DNA of 64,000 bases, taken from assembly GCA_041675205.1 (NCBI GenBank), contig JBAYUF010000001.1:148863-212862 (forward strand), read 5' to 3'. Position numbers and translations under genes: made by a program. Below the pieces are notes generated by a model, which had not been told where the DNA came from, did not search any database, and was given only the letters and a program-made list of their open reading frames with translations. The stretch comes from Patescibacteria group bacterium. GTDB lineage: Bacteria; Patescibacteriota; Patescibacteriia; GWA2-46-9. Of this stretch, positions 18,884 through 27,415 are shown piece after piece; within the stretch, counting starts at the first letter, position 1, and each line of letters starts with the position of its first letter.

Positions 18884-20116
18884 TTAAAGCTGTTTGGTGA
18901 GCTGAGTTAAAATAGTATTTCGTTCGGTCATGCTTCGGGCGTGCATGATGACAATGATGCTGCCGTTAACTTTCAAAGAAACACAACGCTGGGCTTCAAC
19001 AAGAAAGCCTGTTTTTGCGGCTTCTGCGCCGTACGTACGCAGACTGTAATTTCTGTCAGCAACTGTAATTTTTCGTGACGGTGCATTTTGGGTATTGATG
19101 ATGTACGTGCCGGTGTTGCTCGGTGCGGCAATGTCGGCATTCGCAAATGCCGCCTCAGCAATGAGTGCCATTTCATACGGGGTTGTTACATTTTCTGCGC
19201 TGAGTCCTGTTGGGTCGAAAAATTCACTTTGGGTTAACCCTAGCTGTTTGATTTTTGCATTCATGGCGGCAATAAATTCATTCCGCGTCAGGCCGGAGCT
19301 GTCAACGAGCGCAATGGTGGCTTGGTTTGATGAAGCAATCAGCATGGCCCACCATAAATCACGCTTGGTAAGAACGTCACCAACCTTTAAATTCACTTCG
19401 CTTGTTGTGTCGTCGCCAACAACAGAGATTGGATAGCTGAGGTGAAACTGCGTTACTGCCACTGTGTCGTCCCACTTACTTGCAATGCCGTGGTCTATTA
19501 AAACAAGGGCTGTTAGCAACTTTGTCATTGAAGCCGGCGGCAAGCGGTGCTGCGCGTCGCTGCCAGTCAGAAGTGTCCCGTTTACCACCTTTGCATACGC
19601 AACACTGTTGAACGCTGTGTCAGGCACGAGTTGATTCGGTGAGGTTGGGATAGTAGCGAGGTCAGTGTTTTTAATACCTAATGCTTTGGCACGCATGAGC
19701 TCGTACGCCGCTGTGCCGTCTTTGAGATAGGTGCGGCGACCATCCAGCGGGTTTACGTACCACGCTTCGCCGTTCTGCTCGACGTCTAAAAGTATTCGCC
19801 CAGCCAAGCGCGAGCCGAGGATAGTTTGGCGTGTGGGTTCTGTGTCTGTTGGGATAGTTGCGAGGTTACTGGACGAAATGCCAAGGCCAAGTGTACGCAT
19901 TAATTGGTAGGCGGTTTCGCCATTTTTTAGGTAGTAGCGAGTGCTCGTAAGCGGTTCTATGTACCACGCACGGCCGTAGCTTTCGACCTGCAACACAATT
20001 CGACCAGCGAGGCGGACGTTGAGCGGTACACTAGATGGTGCGGCCGCATGGACAGAGGTGGCAGGAAAAGTTAAAAAAAGTAGTACGCTTAAAAATAGAA
20101 GTTTCTTTTTCATCAT
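18884..20116 (-). CDS. D-alanyl-D-alanine carboxypeptidase (S11) with N-terminal LAGRI.L.VE..GEAWY repeats
   Basis: Signal peptide; ASMTK (SxxK), SSN (SxN), KTG; two N-terminal repeats. Confidence 0.85.
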   Translation of the reverse strand: MMKKKLLFLSVLLFLTFPATSVHAAAPSSVPLNVRLAGRIVLQVESYGRAWYIEPLTSTRYYLKNGETAYQLMRTLGLGISSSNLATIPTDTEPTRQTILGSRLAGRILLDVEQNGEAWYVNPLDGRRTYLKDGTAAYELMRAKALGIKNTDLATIPTSPNQLVPDTAFNSVAYAKVVNGTLLTGSDAQHRLPPASMTKLLTALVLIDHGIASKWDDTVAVTQFHLSYPISVVGDDTTSEVNLKVGDVLTKRDLWWAMLIASSNQATIALVDSSGLTRNEFIAAMNAKIKQLGLTQSEFFDPTGLSAENVTTPYEMALIAEAAFANADIAAPSNTGTYIINTQNAPSRKITVADRNYSLRTYGAEAAKTGFLVEAQRCVSLKVNGSIIVIMHARSMTERNTILTQLTKQL

Positions 20117-20194
20117 AGGAATACAGTATACTGCTGTAAGTAAGCAATACGCTATACGCTGTATGCTATACGGAATAAATTGAACGTTGAGCAT

Positions 20195-21022
20195 ATGAAA
20201 GCATACAAAAAAGAGTTAGAAGTGTGTTTTAGTTTGGTGCCATATTTGCACCGAACACTGCTCAGGCATTACAAACGTGGTGTACGAGGATTAGCATATA
20301 AACCGAATGGCAGCGAAGTAACGGCAACTGATCACGCCCTTGAGCGAACGGTTACGAAAGTGTTGCGGCAGCACTTTCCAAAGGATCAAATAAACGGTGA
20401 AGAATTTGGCGTTACTGGCGGCAATTCAAAAAGGGTGTGGGTGATTGACCCCTTAGACGGCACGGCACAGTTCGTGGCCGGTACGGGAAATTTTTGCAGC
20501 ATGATTGGACTGGTTGAGAATGGTCAGCCAGTGCTTGGGTTCATTCATTTACCAAACAGCAACGAAACGTATTATGCCACCCGTGGCGGCGGGGCATACA
20601 TGCGAAAGAGGGGAGTAACAAGAAAATTGGCTCTGCGACAGGTGCCCGACATAGAGGTAGCAAGATTTAGCGGGCCGAGTGACTGGAATAAAGCCACTAT
20701 ACTTCGGCAAAAGGTTGCAAAAGCGATAGGGTTACCACAGTCACATTATCGTGCCATTGGGAGCATTGGGGTTGAGCACTGTATGGTGGCCAGCCATCAA
20801 CTGGACGTTGTTCTTACAACTCACCCACAGCTTGGCCCGTGGGACGTTGTGCCGTGTGAGGTAATTATTACTGAAGCGGGTGGAACGGTAACTGATTTGT
20901 CGGGCAAGGTAGTGCGGCCCAACGGAACAGCGCGTGTATATAATCGCGGCATTCTTTCCACTTCGACTATAGTACATAAACAAATTTTGAAACGATTACG
21001 AAAAGCAGGCTATAAGCAGTAG
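20195..21022 (+). CDS. Inositol monophosphatase/CysQ/HisN family phosphatase
   Basis: VT.TD, GEE, WVIDPLDGT, PWD....VI..EAGG..TD. Confidence 0.9.
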   Translation: MKAYKKELEVCFSLVPYLHRTLLRHYKRGVRGLAYKPNGSEVTATDHALERTVTKVLRQHFPKDQINGEEFGVTGGNSKRVWVIDPLDGTAQFVAGTGNFCSMIGLVENGQPVLGFIHLPNSNETYYATRGGGAYMRKRGVTRKLALRQVPDIEVARFSGPSDWNKATILRQKVAKAIGLPQSHYRAIGSIGVEHCMVASHQLDVVLTTHPQLGPWDVVPCEVIITEAGGTVTDLSGKVVRPNGTARVYNRGILSTSTIVHKQILKRLRKAGYKQ

Positions 21023-21148
21023 TTTGTTTTAATGCTTGACCACTTCAAGCAGGAGCAGTAAGGTTTGCACGATTCGAAATATAACTACGCCTTGCAGTTG
21101 CAGCGTAGAGATGCCGCTCTAACGAGAGCGTTCAATGGAGGACGGATC

Positions 21149-22243
21149 ATGGATCGTTTACAAATCGGTGACTGGCTATGGCGAAGGGTGGTGCAGCCGA
21201 GGTTGTTCGCATGTGACGCGGAAGAAGCACACGCGCGAACCATTGAGTTGCTGCAGCGAATGCAAGATTCGCGTCAGCTTTGGCTGCTCCGTGCACTCTA
21301 CCAGAGTCCGCACGTGGACCAACCGGTAAACATCGGCGGCGCGCAGTGGCGGTGTCCGGTCGGCGTTGCCGCTGGGTTAGACAAGCAGGGTGAAGTCGTC
21401 CCGGCGCTTGATGCGCTGGGGGTTGGTGCCATCGAGGTCGGCACTGTCGTGCCAGAGCAACAAGACGGCAACCCGAGGCCGCGGGTGTTTCGCTACCCGC
21501 AGTTTCGGGCGTTGACAAACAGGTACGGCTTCAACTCCGTGGGTGTGGAGCAGTTCGCGTTGAATCTGCAGAAGGGAATGCGTTGCAATCCCAAGGCTTC
21601 AATTGGGGTGTCGATTGGGAAGAACAAGGCGACGCCCGATGATCGAGCCATTGACGACTATGTCAAAGTTCTGGCTCATATCTTGCCGCTGCTGCGCGAG
21701 GGCGACTACATCGTTGTGAACATTTCGAGCCCGAACACGCCTGGGCTGCGAGATATCTTCTTGCGCTTGTATTCATTTCTCGGTCAGTTCATGGACCAGG
21801 CCGAGCAAGTTGCATTTCAGTTGGGGGTACGTATGCCGCCGGTGCACTTGAAACTACCACCTGACTGGGCTGGCGACATGGCGGCTGATGTCGAGGCGGC
21901 AGTGATGGCAGCGGCCAAGTCGGGGATTCGTGCTATTCAGGCAACCAACACGACCACAGACGAAGCCATGAAGCGGCGGTTGGGTATCATCGAAGCTGGT
22001 GGCCTATCGGGGGCACCACTGCTCGAGCCTTCGAATCGCGTGCTCGAGGTTTGCGCCTATGTCAGGCGGAGGCACGCCCTGGATATTGGGCTGGTCGGGA
22101 TTGGCGGCGTTGAATCGGGGAGCATCGCGCTTGCCAAGATTGGGCTCGGTGCGGACGCTGTGCAGCTTTACAGCGGGTTGGTCTACCGTGGTCCGGGCTT
22201 GGTGCATGAGATTCTGAAGGCTTTCGCTCGTCGGGTAGGCTAG
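21149..22243 (+). CDS. pyrD: Quinone-dependent dihydroorotate dehydrogenase (class 2)
   Basis: DAEEAH, GVAAGLDK, GNPRPRVFR, NRYGFNS, NISSPNTPGLR, TNTT, GGLSG, VQLYSGLVY.GP. Confidence 0.93.
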   Translation: MDRLQIGDWLWRRVVQPRLFACDAEEAHARTIELLQRMQDSRQLWLLRALYQSPHVDQPVNIGGAQWRCPVGVAAGLDKQGEVVPALDALGVGAIEVGTVVPEQQDGNPRPRVFRYPQFRALTNRYGFNSVGVEQFALNLQKGMRCNPKASIGVSIGKNKATPDDRAIDDYVKVLAHILPLLREGDYIVVNISSPNTPGLRDIFLRLYSFLGQFMDQAEQVAFQLGVRMPPVHLKLPPDWAGDMAADVEAAVMAAAKSGIRAIQATNTTTDEAMKRRLGIIEAGGLSGAPLLEPSNRVLEVCAYVRRRHALDIGLVGIGGVESGSIALAKIGLGADAVQLYSGLVYRGPGLVHEILKAFARRVG

Positions 22244-22411
22244 TTTGGGTGTGGTATGCGGGGGCGGTCGTTTGGAGGAACGACTGCCCCTAGTTTTTTT
22301 AAAATAAAAAAACCGCCCATCGGCGGATTTGTAGCAAAATTTTTTAGGTAGTGGGGAAGGCGGTAAGACCTTCCCGCGGAAAACTTTTTCCTGCTTACCC
22401 AGGTTTTTGAT

Positions 22412-22912
22412 TCACCTCCTGCGGATGCTGATTCCGGTCGGTATCGGGCCTTTGCCGGGAATCTCCGGCTGTTCGCTGCCAGTTTCGCCTTCGTGACATT
22501 CGACCCTGAAGAGCTCCCCCGTACTTTCACGGAAGACGACAACAATCCAGTTGCCGTAGTTCTCGCTGTTGAAGTCGCACGCGTAGCAGTCATCGGCCTG
22601 GACGCTGTGGGGGTTAATCCACGGAATGTCTTCCAGGTCGACGATCAGTTCCTCGCCTTTCTTGAACCGTGGCGGAACTTCCGTGGCGTAGGCCCACCGT
22701 TTGGCCTTCTGCCGGCCGCCGTGCCCGTTTGCGACCGTGAACGCGATACGGTCGTCCTTCATGGGCACCTTCATCGACCGAGCGCGCGGGGCTTCGGGGT
22801 GCCGGTAATCGTTCTCGTGGAAGAAGATTTGTTCCACTTCTCCCGTGACCCGCACGAACCCGAAGCGTTTGTCGGTGCGGTCGTCAAAGCGCACAATGGT
22901 GCCGTACCTCAT
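22412..22912 (-). CDS. Cold-shock (OB-fold) domain protein with C-terminal extension
   Basis: GTIVRFD...KRFGFV...IFFHEND RNP1/RNP2-like motifs; AAGGAG SD. Confidence 0.7.
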   Translation of the reverse strand: MRYGTIVRFDDRTDKRFGFVRVTGEVEQIFFHENDYRHPEAPRARSMKVPMKDDRIAFTVANGHGGRQKAKRWAYATEVPPRFKKGEELIVDLEDIPWINPHSVQADDCYACDFNSENYGNWIVVVFRESTGELFRVECHEGETGSEQPEIPGKGPIPTGISIRRR

Positions 22913-23117
22913 TTCACTCTCCTTGTCCTGGTTGGTTGTGGTTTGCCTTCCTGTTCCTCTAATACTCCCCAAAAAGGACTCAGCAATGTAGCAATAAATT
23001 GCTGCCATGTCAATGGTTCCTCGTTTGACAATTACTCAGTAAACCTGTACCTTTCTTCTATCGAAACGCCCCAACCGGCGTTTTCGTGTATTTCCGAGAG
23101 AAGGAGAAAGATAACGG

Positions 23118-23309
23118 ATGGATGAGTTGGATGGAGTCGTTGACGAAGACGACAGTGTGAGTCTGCTTGATGAAGTAACTGAGGCGCATTTGCGGCACCC
23201 CCTCGCTCGCGAGGTTTTCGACAGGTGCCACATGCGCATTGCAGTTGGCCCCGGCAGGTGGCGGATACCGCGCCCGGTGGCAGAGACCATCAAGGCCTGC
23301 GGCCAGTAG
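23118..23309 (+). CDS. Small hypothetical protein
   Basis: AAGGAG SD; TTGACA-17-TACCTT promoter near 23025. Confidence 0.4.
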   Translation: MDELDGVVDEDDSVSLLDEVTEAHLRHPLAREVFDRCHMRIAVGPGRWRIPRPVAETIKACGQ

Positions 23310-23404
23310 CTGACCACAGTCAATGGTAACATGGGGGTCCGCACGCAATGCCGTCGCGGACCCTCACTTCTTCTGCTATACTTTCTGAAACTTATAGAAA
23401 AGCC

Positions 23405-24391
23405 ATGATTTATTTTTGGATACTCGTGTTTGTGCTGTCAGTAGGTGCGCTCATAAAAGGTGCTGACTGGTTTACGGTGAGCGCTGAGCGAATCGGACTT
23501 GCGCTGGGGCTCACCCCGTTTATTGTTGGTGTTACAATTGTCGGCGCCGGAACATCGTTTCCAGAACTCATTTCATCTATGGCCGGTGCGCTGCGCGGTG
23601 TAACTGATATTGTTGCCGCAAATGTGATTGGTTCAAATATTGCTAACATTTTGCTCATTGTTGGATTGGCGTCTGTCTTTGCCAAGAAATTGACTGTCTC
23701 AAAAAATCTCATTGATTTAGATATACCGCTTTTGGCAGCCAGCACCGCCTTGCTGTTAGGCGTGGTCTGGGACCAAACAGTAACGTTTGGCGAGGGAGTG
23801 CTGCTTGTGATTGTCTACTGTGTATACTTAACGTATACCGTTGTTCACGTTGATGACGAGGTAGAGGTGGCAGTGCTGCCGTCGAGAGTGACCCGACGGG
23901 AACACATTGTGCAGCCGCAGCAACTTGTTACAGTCCGCCCGACATTACGGTTTTTTGATATCGGGATGCTCGTTCTTGGCCTGCTTGTACTTATTGTGAG
24001 CGCCAAGTACTTAATCGATTCACTTATTGCGCTTTCGTCTCTCACTGGCATTGCGGTTGGTGTTATTTCAATTACGGCTGTGGCGGTAGGCACATCACTT
24101 CCAGAGCTCATCGTTTCGTTGCGTGCGGCGATGCGTGGTAAAACAGAGGTTGCCCTTGGTAATATTTTTGGTTCAAACGTATTTAATGGGCTTATTGTTC
24201 TTGGATTCCCTGGTTTGTTCCGTCAGCTACACGTTGATGATCAGACGTTTATGATTGGTGTGCCGACGTTAATCGTTGCGACACTGCTTTTTGTTATTTC
24301 CGGTATCTCACGCAGAATTCATATGTGGGAAGGTGCCTTTTTTGTTGCTATCTACGTGCTTTTTGTGTCAAAACTCTTTGGCTGGCTGTAA
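23405..24391 (+). CDS. Ca2+/Na+ antiporter (YrbG/CaCA family)
   Basis: Two alpha-repeats GTSFPEL..GSNIAN and GTSLPEL..GSNVFN. Confidence 0.92.
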   Translation: MIYFWILVFVLSVGALIKGADWFTVSAERIGLALGLTPFIVGVTIVGAGTSFPELISSMAGALRGVTDIVAANVIGSNIANILLIVGLASVFAKKLTVSKNLIDLDIPLLAASTALLLGVVWDQTVTFGEGVLLVIVYCVYLTYTVVHVDDEVEVAVLPSRVTRREHIVQPQQLVTVRPTLRFFDIGMLVLGLLVLIVSAKYLIDSLIALSSLTGIAVGVISITAVAVGTSLPELIVSLRAAMRGKTEVALGNIFGSNVFNGLIVLGFPGLFRQLHVDDQTFMIGVPTLIVATLLFVISGISRRIHMWEGAFFVAIYVLFVSKLFGWL

Positions 24392-24400
24392 AAGAAACGA

Positions 24401-24955
24401 ATGTTTTTTCACCGGTATCACTGGCAGTATAAAAATACAACATTGCTTGTGGCAAGTTTAGTGCTTCTGTTCCTCTTTATCGACACACCTGCAGTAACGG
24501 TATTTATACAGCGATTGAATTCATACGGTGAGCTTGGTGCGTTCATCACCGGCATTTTTTTTGTTTCTACATTTACCGTGGCGCCAGCAGTGATTGTTCT
24601 CTATAACCTTCTCGATGTTTTGCAGCCACTAGAAGTCGCCCTCTTTGCGGGCATAGGCAGCGTTGTCGGGGATTACATAATTTTTCGTTTCTTTAAAGAT
24701 CACATTCTTGAAGAGTTGGCACCACTTTTCCTCCGTTTCGGCGGTACTCATTTTTCTCGACTCATGGCAACGCCGTACTTCGGTTGGCTCGCCCCTGTGG
24801 TTGGTGCACTCGTCATTGCCTCACCCTTGCCAGATGAACTGGGCATTACGTTACTTGGCATAGCTCGACTACGGAATTGGCAGTTCGTTGTATTGTCGTT
24901 CATCTTCAATTTTGCTGGTATTTTTGCTATAGTAAGTCTGCACGAACTTATTTAA
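24401..24955 (+). CDS. Membrane protein (DedA/VTT-like)
   Basis: G.FFVSTFTVAPA, G.G...GD, IASPLPDE.G. Confidence 0.7.
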   Translation: MFFHRYHWQYKNTTLLVASLVLLFLFIDTPAVTVFIQRLNSYGELGAFITGIFFVSTFTVAPAVIVLYNLLDVLQPLEVALFAGIGSVVGDYIIFRFFKDHILEELAPLFLRFGGTHFSRLMATPYFGWLAPVVGALVIASPLPDELGITLLGIARLRNWQFVVLSFIFNFAGIFAIVSLHELI

Positions 24956-24970
24956 TGTTACTTTGAATAC

Positions 24971-25357
24971 ATGGAGATGCTTGTTGTTGCTGGTCGCGTT
25001 CTGTTTGGTGGCTACTTTCTCATGATGGCGCTCAATCATTTTAAGAATCGAGCTATGATGGTGGGCTACGCCGCTTCAAAGGGTGTGCCACAAGCCAGCG
25101 TCGCAGTTGTAGGAAGTGGCATATTACTATTACTCGGCGGTATCTACATCGTGTTTGGTTTCTACATTCCAGCCGCAGTTCTGTTTTTAACGTTGTTCCT
25201 TGTGCCGGTATCGTTCAAGATGCATGCTTTCTGGGCAGTAACTGACCCACAAATGAAAATGGCAGAGCAGGTGAACTTTATGAAGAATATGGCGCTTCTT
25301 GGCGCAGTGTGGATGATGTTGGCGATTCCACAGCCGTGGGTGCCGGGCATCATGTAA
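24971..25357 (+). CDS. DoxX family membrane protein
   Basis: GRVLFGGYF, MHAFW, FMKNMALLG; terminator 25377-25402. Confidence 0.88.
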   Translation: MEMLVVAGRVLFGGYFLMMALNHFKNRAMMVGYAASKGVPQASVAVVGSGILLLLGGIYIVFGFYIPAAVLFLTLFLVPVSFKMHAFWAVTDPQMKMAEQVNFMKNMALLGAVWMMLAIPQPWVPGIM

Positions 25358-25444
25358 GATTGTTTCTGTTATGAAGAAGCGTCCGCCATACGGCGGACGC
25401 TTTTATTTTGCTATACTGTACGTATAAATTATTAACGTGAACGT

Positions 25445-25951
25445 ATGAAAATTCCTTCTCAGTTCCCGCAGTTTACTGATGTAGCAGCATTACTCATTGT
25501 AACAGGGAAACAAGGAGCGGAATTTTATCTGGGTCACAGTGGTGAACTTGTGGAAGCTGGTGCTTTCGATGTTCCTGCCGCGAAGTATTCAGACAAGGAA
25601 GGATTTTTTGCCGGTCGGGGTGGGGCAAGTGGTTCTGTGAAAGAGGTCGACAAGGCTGGCCACACGAAAGAATTTTTGAAACGGCTGGAAACGGAATTAA
25701 AGAAAATGATTAGCAGTCGCCGCAAAATGAGTGTGTATGTATACGCACCGGAATATCTCATGCGTCAGGTGAAGACCTTGGTGAAGAAATTGGCAGGGGA
25801 GAGTTACGCTATGTCGTTTACTGGTAACTATTTAAAAACGCACCCCAAGAAGCTTCTTGAGATGCTTGAAGTGCGAGTTGAACGGAAGGCGGCAAAGAAA
25901 AAAGTTGTTAGCACGAGCAAAGAAGCGGCGAAGATGTTGAAGAAGCGGTAG
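25445..25951 (+). CDS. Hypothetical protein (possibly host-attachment/baeRF-like)
   Basis: 168-aa ORF, YSDKEGFF motif, Lys-rich tail; family call tentative. Confidence 0.65.
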   Translation: MKIPSQFPQFTDVAALLIVTGKQGAEFYLGHSGELVEAGAFDVPAAKYSDKEGFFAGRGGASGSVKEVDKAGHTKEFLKRLETELKKMISSRRKMSVYVYAPEYLMRQVKTLVKKLAGESYAMSFTGNYLKTHPKKLLEMLEVRVERKAAKKKVVSTSKEAAKMLKKR

Positions 25952-25965
25952 GTTAGTTTTGGGGT

Positions 25966-25999
25966 CGAGGGGCGAACGTCGGTTGACGCTCGCCCCTCG
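25966..25999. terminator. Hairpin between convergent genes
   Basis: CGAGGGGCGAACGTC/GACGCTCGCCCCTCG. Confidence 0.6.
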
Positions 26000-26028
26000 C
26001 TTCGTTCGAACCGACTCGGTGTTTCCGC

Positions 26029-26397
26029 TTAGGCTGCCAGGGCTTGGCAGGAGAGCAGGAGATTGTACGGGTGTCGCTGTTTGTAGAGGTGCGCGGCAAC
26101 GTAGCTAGCCGCTTCTGCTGCAGGGGCTTTCACCCGAATCGTTTGTGTGTGTGCCTCTCCTTCATCGGAGAATACGAGCAGTACATCAAACGTCGGACGT
26201 GAAGGATCCACCTTCATTGTTGTCACCGCTACGTGTGCTTGAGCCGGAAGCTCGCACTCTGCGAGGAGCCAGAGCTCTGCTTCTGCATCGGCACCACCTG
26301 CGTTTTCGGCATAGACCAGGTAGGTGTGGCCGACTGTCACTTGTCCTTGGCACCTGGCCGAGGCCACAACTATGAATTGTTGGTATATTCTGTCCAT
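26029..26397 (-). CDS. Hypothetical protein
   Basis: AAGGAGG SD before ATG at 26397. Confidence 0.6.
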   Translation of the reverse strand: MDRIYQQFIVVASARCQGQVTVGHTYLVYAENAGGADAEAELWLLAECELPAQAHVAVTTMKVDPSRPTFDVLLVFSDEGEAHTQTIRVKAPAAEAASYVAAHLYKQRHPYNLLLSCQALAA

Positions 26398-26428
26398 CGC
26401 GTTGCCTCCTTTGGCGTTCGTCCGCAAG

Positions 26429-26695
26429 CTAGTCTAGCTGTCTTGCCGGTTCCATTTCTACGAACAGGTGCTCATGCCTCCCCATGAGTCGATTGTAACG
26501 CACTCGAGCGTTGCGTTCGGCATTCACGGCACTTACAGCCGTCGTTTGGAAGGTAATTGCCTTGCCCGCGTGGCGACATGGCTCTGTAACTTTCACCTCG
26601 AAGCGGTGTCTTTCTCGTTTGGCCTTTTCTGTGGCCGTGGTTGTAGTTGTTGCTGCCTTGAGCGGCAGCGTGAGTTGCAAAACTTGTGCTGCCAT
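26429..26695 (-). CDS. Small hypothetical protein
   Basis: AAGGAGG SD before ATG at 26695; QLTLPL (clamp-binding-like) near N-terminus. Confidence 0.6.
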   Translation of the reverse strand: MAAQVLQLTLPLKAATTTTTATEKAKRERHRFEVKVTEPCRHAGKAITFQTTAVSAVNAERNARVRYNRLMGRHEHLFVEMEPARQLD

Positions 26696-27101
26696 TGGTC
26701 CTCCTTCGGCACCCACGCCAAGTTGTCAAAGATACCGAAAACGTATTCCTTTTGCGGTTTGGTGGCAAGTGGTTGACGGAATGATTGGGAGAATAATAAT
26801 TGGGTTCAGTCCCATCAACCGATAGTGGTTGTCTCTAATCAGGAGGAACATTTTTTTCTACGAGTTTTGAATAATCTTACTTCATGTTGGATAAGACCGT
26901 TGGCTATTAGAAATCGCCAAAAAATCTAACCCGATGCGGGTGGGTAAGCTACTGGGGGCGTTGGTTTTGTTCGGAAGCCGAGGCCTTAGCTGCAGGTTGG
27001 CGGAAAGCAAAAAATTGTCCGTAGTAATTGATCTTTTTGCAGTTGTCTCTTTGAGTTAGTTGAGTTTTGCACATGAAACGGTATGGAGGTAAACTATCCA
27101 G

Positions 27102-27392
27102 ATGGACGATCAAAAGAAAGACGAAGGCACGGAGGGCAAGCTCATGTTTATTAAAGAAATCGCTAAATATTTTAGGGATTTTCTTGAGACAGATTTTTAT
27201 AAATATAAATTTCAAAAACGCGCCGGCCAGCTGAAAAATGAGGACGGTGTGCTTATGGGTTTCAATCTTCAAAAGTATCTATCGTTTAGGGCTTCAATAT
27301 CGCAGCTCGTTAACGCGGATTGTGATAAAAACTTTTTTAATAAACTGGAAAAAGTAGTTTATAAAACAAATGAGGGCTACTTTATTTTTTGA
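27102..27392 (+). CDS. Hypothetical protein, possibly a truncated gene fragment
   Basis: AT-rich 96-aa ORF (KEIAKYFRDFLETDF) ending 23 nt before the OLD ATG. Confidence 0.4.
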   Translation: MDDQKKDEGTEGKLMFIKEIAKYFRDFLETDFYKYKFQKRAGQLKNEDGVLMGFNLQKYLSFRASISQLVNADCDKNFFNKLEKVVYKTNEGYFIF

Positions 27393-27415
27393 GACTGCAT
27401 TCTGAATTAATTTTT

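Noticed and set aside
16669-21148. PyrR-binding attenuators upstream of pyrC and pyrD
   Set aside because: Leader hairpins exist, but there is no PyrR consensus (AGUCC.GUGAGG), no U-tailed terminator, and the two leaders do not align
22493-23125. 210-aa plus-strand ORF, and similar long antisense ORFs over the GC-rich genes
   Set aside because: Shadow frames of better-supported genes; no motifs or ribosome-binding site
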